A stretch of 55,868 nt of DNA, filler included, from Platydemus manokwari (taxonomy: Eukaryota): the NCBI GenBank assembly GCA_037951405.1. It is 5 parts of 5 records of this genome, joined end to end, with 100 filler letters (N's around TTAATTAATTAA, not from the genome) between each part and the next. Parts side by side here need not be neighbours in the genome. Positions count along the whole stretch, not along the records: positions 24,312 to 35,275 come from JBBMOY011016635.1; positions 35,376 to 46,356 come from JBBMOY011001082.1; 3 more parts are not named here. One strand, written 5' to 3'. The notes below the pieces were generated by a model, which was not told where the DNA came from, made no database searches, and worked only from the letters and a program-made list of their open reading frames with translations. The position numbers and the translations under genes are program-made. Position 1 is the stretch's first letter. The number at the start of each line of letters is the position of its first letter. Below, piece after piece: positions 28,301-40,800 of this stretch.

Positions 28301-31300
28301 TGATAAGACATCAACAATCGCTTATTCCAATGACCAACACTTATTTGAATTGCATAAATAAACACAGATATTCTCCATAATAATCCATATTACAGTTTTC
28401 ATAAACAGCACACACAACAAGGAACAAGATTTACATCATTTTACTGATTTAGAAACCCAATTATTTTTAATGTTGATAATCAATCAATAACCGATGTCGT
28501 CGAAGCCGTGTGAAATTTTTTACGTGTGTGATTTTATTTCGCATTAACCCACATAAATAAGTTTCACAAAATAACACCGTGCATCATGAAGCTGCAAACA
28601 CAGGCACTAATATCAAGTGAAAAACTCGATTCAATCCAGATTAATTCCGATCAATATTCGATGGGTAAATCAATAATCATTATTTTTAAACATTGGAAAT
28701 GTTTTGGTGGAATATGAATTTATTAACTTATACGGTACCGGTTGGAGTTTTATAGGATGATGGTATAGAAAATTAAAACAAGGACAATCACAACACGTCT
28801 CGAATCTGCTGTATTCAGATTTAATATCACGATTTTTACCAGATCGGAGAACAAGATATTAACAGAGTTGGCCTGAAACTAATATTATTGATGTATTATC
28901 TTTAGATTACATGGCAACCGGATATTACAACAATTTGTCGAAAATGAAATTCAATTTCAGTAATTCACTTGTTATGCTATAATAAGCGATTGAGAAATAT
29001 ATTATCACTTATCGGAAAGTTATTTAATAATCAAACCACTACACACTAAGTTTTTAAAAACAAATTTTGAAATAAACTTAAAAATTTGTTGCAATTATTC
29101 TTCGATTTTAGCTACTTATAATTGTCAGTAGTCAAAATTCAAACATTAATATTTAAGAACATATTCTAATTATTTCGAAGGAACCAATATCAAATCGCAC
29201 ACGATCTCAAACCATGACAGAAAAAGACTTGATATAAATTTTTCAGACATTTTGCGATTTTAAATCACAGGAATCTAGAAAATTTTGATAATTCAAGCTT
29301 GGATCTGGTTATGTATTGTCAAACAACATAACAAAATATTATTTAAATTGAAATTATCGATCACATTTTGTGATGTTATTCTATTGACATATAACCTTTA
29401 TGGTTCACTTCAAGAAACTAAGGTATTTGTTCGATACAGAAAGAAAAAATTCGGCTGTAAATAAAGAAATCAGAGAATTTGTGACAAAAAAGAGAAAACT
29501 AGATAAAACAATCACCAATCAAACTGATGTCAGTAGCAACATTGTGCACAAATCGATAATTTTTTGACACGATATTACGTACACACACCAAGCTATCTGA
29601 CATCAATCTAGACCGTCGTCATCGGCTGAGTGCTGATTGGTGAGAAAATATGACTGCACAGGTCGATCTATTGGTCAACCACGGTTCTGCCAGCATTATT
29701 TTTATAAATTATTTAACACAATAATCGATTAAACCAACCTGAAAATCAATCAAAACTATCTAATTAAAAGATGAAATCAATTTAGAGACCAAGTGATAAT
29801 CGATACAAACATGCAAAACTAACCTAACAATCGAGTCGTGGTGTTCGCTGATGATATTCTCGCCTTCAGTTCTCGACCGACCATAGCCACCTTTGTACTG
29901 ATGACCTTTTTGTCCCCGATTCGGCCTATTGTGTACACGTGAGATTCACCTGGAACAAATAGGTTTCACTGAGAAAATCGATAAAATCATCAAACCCTCG
30001 AATTTGACGAAAGTCGTCTTATCAATCATCATCGCATCGACAGCCAATTTCTCACACAAAAGATTCGTGACAATGGCCACTGTTGGTTTTTCTTTTTTGA
30101 ATATTTTCTGCATCTGATCGGTTTCTTTGACGACTTTCACATCTGAAAAAGACGAAACAGATAAAATTTAAATCTTGGAAATATTTCACTGATCAATAAG
30201 GGAATATTCAAATATTATCTCAAACATCGGCCAAAGGAGAACAAATATAACTCCCAAATCGAATCATAAATTCATTCAAAACCAAATATTATTCTTAACA
30301 CAATTTCATCAATATCTATAATTAATATAATAATACTAATTAATATAATAATACCAATATTGACAAAATATTCCAATAATCAATAAGGCACATTTAAATA
30401 ATATCTCAAATATTGGCCGAATGAGAACAAAACTCTCAAATTGCATCCTCAATTCATTCAAAATCAAATATTATTCCTAACACAATTTCATCAATATCTA
30501 TAATCAATAATATCTACAAATATTGGAAAACCAATAAAAAAAATCGAAGTCTAAAATAGAAAATATTCCAAGTCGATAAATTTCCTTTATATTTCAGTGG
30601 ACAATATTGATGTCACGAGTTATATGAGAATGGTAGGGTAGAGAGAGAGAAATAGTGAGTCAGTTAAGTGTGCCACATAACAAGCTGCTGTCATGAAAAT
30701 TTGATAAAGCCAAATTATATAAATTCATAGAAGACAACATAATTTATGATCTTAATCCACGGTACCTTTATAGAAATATCACTCAAATCACATAGTTTTT
30801 GATCAATAAAGTTCAATCAATACCTTCATTGTGGTAGCAGATTTTTCTTCGGAATCCCATCATCTTTCCATCAACCATTACTACTTCTATTATGTCTTTC
30901 GCAATCAATTCATCGATTTGTGGTTTAATTATACTGTCTTTCTGTCCCAATATTCTGGAAGAATAAAATGATGATTTTGTCCAAGTGAAACGTCTTCAAA
31001 ACCATACCTTATCAGATCATCCATTGACAAACAATTCGGATAGGCCTCATCCAATCTGGCTTGTAAATTTTCCTTAACAATAACTTCGACCGGTTTCTGT
31101 TCGATTCCTAATAAAAAACTATTAACTACGAAAAAACACATCAATCGATTAAACACTGCACAAATACGAGTTAGATTAAAGAAGTTATTTGATTTTTTCT
31201 AATTTTTTGCTCGAATAAATTAAAGAAAATGATTCTACAGCTGCCAATCGATATCAAATAAAATTTGATTGATTATAAAAATCACAAACACCAATGATTC

Positions 31301-34300
31301 ATCATCTATCGAATAAATAGTAGCAATTATTGACATGATTCATTCACAGATAAATCGATACTTTCTCTTAACGACCAATTGCAAAGAGTAGCAGTAAAAA
31401 TACTAAGAAAGCGAAACCGATTCTCTACTTTGATATGCATATTTATATGTATTACAATTATCATTCAACATACACTCGATAGACGTGTATCACAGTTAAT
31501 AATAACAAATATCTCAAAATATTCAACAGACATAAAAATTAACAGACAGCATTGATTTAATTTTATATTAAACGCATAATATCAAAGATAATAATAATAT
31601 CTTAGATCAATTTGCACAGCTGTGTAGACTGCAGTTGTGTGTGCATTTATAGATTTCTACCATTATAAATTTGCAGGGTGAATTGTAAGGATTACATTGA
31701 TTTTACCATTCAATTTTTATTATCCTTTCAATCAATAATGAGCCATCTGGTGATACCAGTCAATTATTTGAACTGGTACATGCACAAAACAATAAAAATA
31801 ATCAAATGTTTTCGCATAACTTCCAGAACATAATCATCAATAAAAGATAATTACCATAAATATCGATTAAATTCCAAATTAAATTTCAGATTAAATTCAA
31901 TTTGAAAAATATTTTATCAATATAACTCGATGATAAATCAATATTTTTTTTATAAAACAATGCATATAATTTGATAAATTTTAGAAAAATTCCAAACATC
32001 AATACTTCATTCATGGAACTATTTGGTACAATAATCGATATTTAAGGGAACAATCTCTATCATCTAAAATAACTACAAAAACACCGAACATTCGACAACA
32101 CAAATTAAATATTGCTTATGCCAATCGAAAAATTGAACAACATGTCATCAAACGGAACAGTATAACAAATATTGACTAACCAGATTTCTGTAACTCTGTG
32201 CCAATGATAAATTCAATTTAATAATAGATTTATAATTGAAAACAATTATGAATGAAAATATCAAAAAATAATTTTAATAAATCAATAAGAAAATAATATC
32301 AAAATCGGAAGACAACTACGACCACAACCAATAGAAAATTAAAGAGCAAAAATTTTAAAAAAGTAAACCATACCGCGGTGAATAGAATCAATATCTATGG
32401 ATATCAAAATAAATCAATCAACATAATTCTATATAATCAGTTACTATCAGATTCCAATCTATCGAATTTTATGATGTGATTTTATAAAACACTAAATCCT
32501 AACAAATTCAATTCAATTTTCAACAATATTTTTCCGAAACAAATCGATACCATTAATCGTTCTATTTAGTTTTCTATGAATTTCAATAAATCGATTCATA
32601 ACATTCAATTGTAATTGATACTGATTCATGAAGCTGGTTATTAAATCGAAATGATTCATTGGCTCAATAATTTTTAATGCGTAAATCAATATCATTGAAT
32701 TTTTTGATAGAATTATGAAACATTATTATTATTTCTAATCACAAATGATTCAAAGCAAAAAATTGTCGATCAAATTAAATCCGTTCCATTTATTGTTACC
32801 CATGTCATTATCGAACATTTGCGAAATTTGTAACGGCTATTTTATTCACGAGGATAAGCCATTATTATAAATCATATCTATCACAACAGTTTGAATTATT
32901 ATTGATGTCAATTAATTGGAATAATAATTCCAAACTCGATGCCTTCAGAACTGAATAAAATCCTTGTCTCTCACGCACAGATGTACAAGAATGCCAATAA
33001 CGATAATATCGAAATTTAAAATGAATAATATTAAAAATCGATATTAACAGCACACAATGAAAGGAATAATAATCACGAATATTAGCAATATTAATCGATA
33101 TTATTATAATCACTGCTCGCATATTACTTTAAAAATCTAAACCAAAATAAAACAGAGAGTTAGATTAACTCAATAATTTCTCTCCTCAGTGGATAGTAAT
33201 TGATCATCCCTAGAAAAGCCCTAAGCACATACTTGAAATCGTAAACACAAATTTTCTCGATATCTTGCAATAATCAATAAGCCGGCTGGATAAATTATTC
33301 AAAAATTCTACATCGAAAAAACGTATCACTCAGGAGAATTGTTTTGGTCAAGTAAATAATAAGAATAAAAATCAATAAAAAATCCATAAACGATTTTTTT
33401 AAAATATTATGGCTTTCTATCTTGTATTTCTGATAGAAGAATCAATAAAGATGATAAAATACAATAGTGAAAATGATAATTATCATCAGTGACCGGATTG
33501 ATAGATGATGATCAATAAATTAATAAGTTCTCAACAATGTCCATTAAAAAATAATTCTATGAATGAGATTTATTATCTAATATAAATATAAATATTTCAA
33601 ATGTGATTTATTCGTTATAATGTCAGCGTTTCGAGTATTTTCGATTGATGAACAATTATCAGTGTAATGGCAATTAAATAACATAATGAATCCCCGTAAT
33701 TTGAAAACTGCGCGCTGGTCACAAATACAACTTGTCCAACAATTACTAGCTATTTAGTAAGATATAACTACAATCGATAACATAATCCAATCGATATCAA
33801 CATATATGCGGTATCAGGAATATTGTCATTGCCATGGTGATCGCGACACACCAACGTTCTAATGCAGAGATTTCTTATCGGTGAGCACGATCTGAATTTG
33901 ATAGGATTGGGTTTTCTATTCGCCGAAAATTTTATTCGTCAAATTCAAATCAGATAAAATCGATTTTTGATTTTAAAAAAATAATTCGATATTTTGGAAA
34001 CCGAATTTTGAAAATCCATTCGAACCAACCGTGGATAATCCAATGAAAAAATATCAAAAAATTAGTCATTTTGGCATGAAATCCAAACAAATCCGATGTT
34101 TACCCGTTTGATTGGAAGCCCTCATATATATATATATATATTTACATGAACTGATAATGATATACAAAACATCTTCATCAAATATTATGCCGATCAATAA
34201 ATTAATTATTAGATTCAATCGATATTAAATAAAAATTATTTTCAAAATATATACAAAATGTCAAACAATTTTTATGGCAATTTGAAAATTCAAATTTATC

Positions 34301-34968
34301 ACGGATAAAATATTCAAAATTTCAAATTAACTTAATGTTTTGATAAATGTAATTTGATAAAAAATATTTCAATGGACAAAAAAATCCAAACATACGAGGT
34401 ACAAGAGCATCTTGTTCTTGCTTGTTCAAAGTTATAAAATCGATGTCAACCCGTCTTAATTTGGCGAAACGATCGATTTGCAGTTGCTTCATCACTTTCT
34501 TGACAAAAGTCGGATAGTCTGGAAAAGCATTTAATTAATGTTGTTCGCAAATGATTCCATTGCAAACTCACCCTTCGGAAAATCGGCCGGATTGATTAGT
34601 TCCTTGAAGAATTCATATGACACGTCTAATTTTTCAATTTGTTGCAAGCCATCAATGAACCAAAATTTCAGTCTGCGATTTTCCTGAAAATCAACAAATA
34701 AACCAATGGTGTGTCTGATAAGTTTTACTGCATAGGTTTCTCTGGTTATCTCATTGTGCATCATACAAGTGAACTCTAACTGCATCTCCTGAGGAATCTT
34801 GTCTTCTTTTTCACTTTTATCTTCTTTATTTATTATCAAACCGGAATTCCTTCCTTGTGCTTCAAGATATACATTTCTCATATCTATTTCTGTTTGTCTT
34901 TCTACTTTAATTGTTTTGATATTACCCCTTTGATAAGGTGTCATTACTATTTTGCAAGTTTTACTCAT
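25331..34968 (-). CDS. Uncharacterised protein with a C-terminal nucleoside phosphorylase (PNP/UDP)-like fold, 10 coding exons
   Basis: Exons ~34968-34572, 34518-34396, 31107-31008, 30954-30824, 30142-29996, 29949-29824, 28135-27910, 27861-27714, 27667-27473 and 25492-25331 splice in frame. Motifs VAIVTNLLCEKLAVDAM, HVYTIGRIG, VLIVGVGGSVP, RLGDIVVS, LGSIGSG and LIRGIADYIDG..WQPYASLAAAAF fit the PNP_UDP_1 family. The start codon is uncertain. Confidence 0.8.
30208..30503. repeat. Intronic direct duplication of about 110 bp
   Basis: ATCTCAAA..GGCC..GAGAACAAA..ATTCATTCAAAA.CAAATATTATTC.TAACACAATTTCATCAATATCTATAAT occurs at ~30210-30322 and again at ~30397-30504. Confidence 0.9.
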
Positions 34969-35275
34969 TGTAATAGCTAAAATTATCAATATAGCAAAGT
35001 TAATAAGAAATAAATCATCAAAATCAAATATTATTCATGCTTCCTAAAAATAAAATTCAATTACAGATTAATTAAATTAAAATAAATTGAATGATATAAA
35101 CAATTACAAATTGTTTATTGTGAATTTATAATTTTTTCTCAACAAAATAACTATTGTCTCATCTTTCTTTAATTTAAGTTTAAAGAAAATTGTGAATTAA
35201 TTTTTTAATTAAGTCATAAAAATTTCAGGAAAAATCTTGCATATATTTAATGTATTTTAAATTGAATTTTATTGT

Positions 35276-35375
35276 NNNNNNNNNNNNNNNNNNNNNNNNN
35301 NNNNNNNNNNNNNNNNNNNTTAATTAATTAANNNNNNNNNNNNNNNNNNNNNNNNNNNNNNNNNNNNNNNNNNNN
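35276..35375. other. Artificial 100-bp spacer
   Basis: Same structure as 13197-13296. Confidence 0.95.
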
Positions 35376-37826
35376 ATATGATATATATTATAGCAAAATT
35401 TCATATAAAACGGGTAGTTATTTCGGAGGTTATCGGGTGTGTCAAAAATTATAATGACCAGTATAGTTAAATTAAAATACTTGATTAAGATTTAGGTGAA
35501 TTTTAAACCTATCTCTAGTTTCCATTTGTGTATCTTCCACTATCTATTATGAGCACATTTTGTGGTTATCTATTTGTGTAGTGGGTCACGCATTTAACAA
35601 AAATTTTTGTTGTTTTCACAATTATTCAATTCTACACTTTCTTGAATAAAAACGATTGCGTAATCGCTTAATTCGGATTCCATATCATTACATAGTTAAA
35701 CATATTCATCCATCATAATCAATAATCTATTTTGGTTTTAACGAAACTCAGTTCAACCTGGCTGCAAAAAGCACTGAAACGTCGTTACGACAATCTTATC
35801 AAAATACGAAGCTACTTTTAAATGAGTTCAGGATTTTATTCCAGTAAGTCTGTGCTCATAGTTGACTCTAAAGCCTTCAAGGACCAATGCTATGTTAATA
35901 TGAAAAATCCCACCATGATATATATTTAAAACTATTATTTATTAGTATCGCTCTCATTTGTAATAAACATTTAACCCATTGCACTCTGTGAGAAAGACAT
36001 CCATGATTTGACAGTGTATATCCGTTCAGTGATGAAAATTGATAAACCCATTCAATCTCTCAAAAAATAATATACACTCATAAAATATGAGCCGTTGAAG
36101 TTATTGTTATTCTTTCCGATGAATCCGTCCTTAGACCACTCGATCAGAATAACGCTTATTTGTCTCGTCGACAGCTCTCAATGCAGCTAAAATTATATCG
36201 ATTTTATTATCACTTGAGTTATCGAAACCAACAAACGCAATAACTTTAGTTTTAACCAAAATTCACTAAAACCTATTACGAAATGATTTGAGCTCAAAAA
36301 AAGTTTACATTCAAAAAATGGTTGAATGTAACGTCGATGGTCATATCATCTGCAAATTATTTTAAAACTACACTAGTCTTAAAAAATTATAAATATTGAA
36401 TGACAGAACTTATTAATTTTCCGGGTGTAACAATCTTGGTGTGATACATAGAAAAATTTAATTGAGTCGACATTCATTCTAGTCATTTTCCACAATTAAT
36501 TCTGATTTTTATCCTCTATTCTCTCTATTTTTGTTAATGCTGAAATACTGTTTTACAACACCATTTTGTGATATATATATTTTTGGTTTTGATGTTAATG
36601 TAGAGGAGCTTTAGTGACCTACTAAGGTTAACCATATAAAAATAGATTAACTATAAACATTGGTAGTTGAAGTCTGAGTGGTTTAATTTTTCTTTCAATG
36701 AGCCTTTATTCCTTCCAGAGCAAAATACGAAGACCTTTGGTTATGTTGTACAGACGTTATAGGTTCTTCCAATGTTTCGAAAGGCGAGTGAGTGGATATC
36801 GTCCGTACACAATAGTGGAGTACCGGCCAAAGAGCTACTCTTCCATATACTACGTTAGAAGCGTGAGCAACAAACAGTTACAGACGCACTACTTTACTGC
36901 ATGCTTTACCGATATCCAGCACAGCGTCCTCGAATATCCAACTATATTCTTCTAGTTTTTATTGAAATATTCTGGAAAACTATTTCCTCGAATATTCCAC
37001 TGAAATATCTGATCACAAAAACCCTCTTCGGTTAATATTATTCTTTTTCTGAGCTTTCTCAATATGAATTTCTCTTCCTCTAATAGTTTGCCTCTTTCTT
37101 CAACTGACTCCACAATTTTTCTGCAAACTTTTTAAACTGTGACAATCAACAATTGATTGCCCTGATCTATATCGAACTTTACTCACAGTAAAATTTCTTC
37201 CCCTAGTTAGCATGAATTTCTAACTTCTGACTTTAATCAATAGTTGCCTACATTAGGACGTTATTCCTATTTTTGGTTTTTAACACAGCAATTTCTATAT
37301 TAAATGTTTTATTTATTATTTCTACTTGATATTTATTTTTAACAATTATAATTTTATTTAAAATTATTTTACTATTTTAATTTTTGGAAATTTCATTTAT
37401 TTTCAGCATTCATTATTTATCATTAACCTCTCTTTCTTGACTTATTATTTTTTTAATGGTCTTTTAATTAATTTTAAAGACCAAATTTTTACTTTAATAT
37501 AGTTTGCTACATATTGGGCTCTTTCAGTTTTTATTACAAGATTTTGTGAATAAAATCGTACTTTAATGAGTTAAGTAAAAATTAATTTAAACTAAATTTC
37601 AAAAATTAAGTAAAAATCAGGTTATTTTGTAGTCAGTTAGTATATAAATTTATTTGCCGTGATTATCTATGACGATATCAGGACTTATTAGCAATGTAAT
37701 ATTTCGAAACATTGAATTTATTGAAAAACCAAGGGTCAAGTAATGATCATTCAAAGCGTATTTTATAATGAATTCAATTTTTAGTGAGCCAGAATTGATA
37801 TTTTTTATAATTTTATTTTTTGACAG

Positions 37827-40800
37827 CATAATGATATTATGATGGGATTTGGTAAGTGTTTTGTCGAATAATTAAAACCGATATTAACCAGATTTATTTA
37901 TTCATTAAAATAGATTCACTGAAACAAAATTTTCTTTTAAAATGGATCACGAATATTTATTTTCCAGAAGTTCGAGTCCTATTGAGTCTTTCTTGGCCAA
38001 TAGTACAATGCTTCGACATTAATCCTTTTGCTATATTTTATTGCAGATGCTAATGAATATGTGTCGATTTCTCAATCCTATGATCAGTGTGATCATGTGT
38101 GGACATTTGACGAAAACAGATTTTGATGCAGCTTCATTGGCTAACGCTGTAAGAAAAGAATATATCGTAAAAATAATAAAAAAAATAGTAAAAATTATAT
38201 ATAAATAACAACGCATTAATCTATTTTTGAGAGAAAGATGAAGAAATGTAACGCAATTTTGGTATAATAAAATATCATGAAAACGAAGTGAAAGGCGCTA
38301 TTAAAATTTAGTAATGTTGTCATGGATATAAGCTCAGAAGTCTTCATAATATCGAATTCTGATTAGAAAAACTCTAAAAATCCTTCTTTATGAAGACTGT
38401 TTGATGGATTATAAATAAAATTTCAGAATCATCTATCATAAATTGGTCTCAAAAATAATACTGAACTTATGAATTATTTTCGTATGCTAATTATTTCAAA
38501 TCAAGTCTAAAAGAAAAAGAATAAGATGTTCAAAGTCAGGAGAAAACTGGAATTGTTCCAATAATAGTTTATTGATAATACTAGCTTTTAGCGAAATCAA
38601 TCTTCTAAATAAATATTGTTTTATGAAATTCAGTTGAAGCTATCTTAAATATCAAATAATTTAAAGCCAATGACAACTTATTTTAAAAAAATCGGCGTCA
38701 TCAATAATTTCTCAACGCCAAATAATTCTATATTCATGTATAGATCAAAGTATTGAACTAAAAATTCTCAAATAACATTTCTAAATAATTCCTCCATAAT
38801 TCTTGATTCTATTCCAAAGCACTTTTATAAAACAATTATAAAATCATGATTTCATTTCACTCTGAACTTATAAAATATCAATGAACTCAATATCATTCTT
38901 CACCTTTAATATTTATACTGCAAATCAATACGAAATTGTAAGCACATGATCAATTATGTGTATTGCATATCGTGTGAGTAATTTTTGTTTTATTTTTCGA
39001 GAATATTTTCTTTATCTTGAAAGAAAAATGGGTACTTTCATCGAATATATTTGAATATATTTGATATAGGAATTTGGGAATTAACTTCTTACAAAATAAA
39101 TCGATAATATTGATTGTGTAATAAAATAAAAATTGATATTAAATATGATTTAGTTAATTATTTAAGTTAATCAATGTTTTTGGAGTAGCGGTTGATCTCG
39201 GATTCTCAACAGGGTGTGATACTCTATTTGCTCAAGTGAGTTTCGGTTTTATTATTAAATATTGACTTTCAAATCGACCAGATTTATGGTAGCAGAAACA
39301 AGAAAGGACTCGGCTTAATGTTGCAAAGAGGTGAGTTCAATTTGATAAAGTTTATAAAGATTTCAAATCGCTGATCTCATTGAAATTTTTGACTTACAAA
39401 AATAATGTTAAAAGGTTTTAATCACTTCAAGACTTCGTTGCAATAAAGAGATCATCTCAATTTTGATAACAATAATTATATAAAATCACAAATCTATTCT
39501 CCGTCACAATCGATCACTTCCTTCTACCGTTTTGGCAGATTTTCAATCCCATGTTTGAAGAAACTAGGTGATTTTTGGTCGAAATATTCTTCAACCCACG
39601 TTGTTATTGCTTATTCGTTTTCAAATATGAGACCAGAAAGGTGGTTCGACATGGAGCGGAAAAGATGAAAATCTGTTAGGGTCAAGTCGGGCGAATATGG
39701 GGGTGGGAAGAACTTCCAAGCTTTTGAACTTTTACAATTTTAATGAGAAATAGTGGTGTGATCACAGTTCAAGTGTTCGTGTCGATTGACGCGGATCGTC
39801 ATGAATCAATTGGTTCAAACAGTCTTCACCGAAGTCCCTAGGTCAGCCTGACCGAGGTGTTTCATTTAAATCAAAATATCCATTGTTATATTTCGAAAAC
39901 CACTTTTGTGTGGTTTGTTCACTGGCTGCCTTTTCTCCACAACGCAGCAAATCATTCTTATGGCTTCCACATGGTTTTAATTTTGTTTTTTTCTACCTGA
40001 CACTCCATTTTAGTGAGGGTGATGAAAGTGAAAGTTTGTCTAAAATGATTTAAATTGATAATTCAGCTGAATGAATAAGATGGCGCATGAATTGGTGCAG
40101 TCTTATTGTTTTGACCAGCTTCTAGTTTTAACTGATTTAAGTTATATTTAAATGGGATTGACAAACTGCCAGATTAGGGGAAGGAAATGACTGAGAATAT
40201 CTCACCAATTGAGACCGAGATATTTGTATTTGTAATGAATTCATTTTGGTATCTGAAATTTTTATGCATGGTTCTTATTCTTGATCAATACGCATTTTTC
40301 ATAATTGTAAGAAACCGCAAGCATTTATGCATCAACCCAATCACTCAATTAAATTTAAACAAGAATTTGATGTGTTTTCTTTACAACAAATAAAACAGCA
40401 CGATTTTATGCATCGACCCAATAAATTGCTATCTGAGATTCTTTTAGACCTTATTAACGTCACCGAAATTATAAATTAATTTGTCTATTATAAAACTTTC
40501 TTTTTACAAATACAAGTTTGTAATTATAGTTGAGCGGAAATAATTGACAAAGCTATAACTGCAAACAGAGAATTAGCACTGGTAGCAAAAGACAGTGCAG
40601 GAATGTGTTAAGGAAATTGTATAAAAGAAAAGAAAAACGAATCAATTTGGCTAGTCATGGCAAAAGGAATAAATGATTTTAATTTTAAAAATCTTTTTTA
40701 TGCAGTTTTGATAGTTTTTTTGTTGTAATTAAAGTACTACTTATAACTAGTGATTACCGATGATAGTAGTATAAAATTTGGAATATTATATTGACAGGTT

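Noticed and set aside
36118-36150. tRNA A-box-like GATCGAGTGGTCTAAGG on the minus strand
   Set aside because: No cloverleaf or B-box; at most a decayed SINE fragment.
36690-37260. GC-richer block and ORF 36698-36955
   Set aside because: May be a transposon relic, but no diagnostic motif was found.
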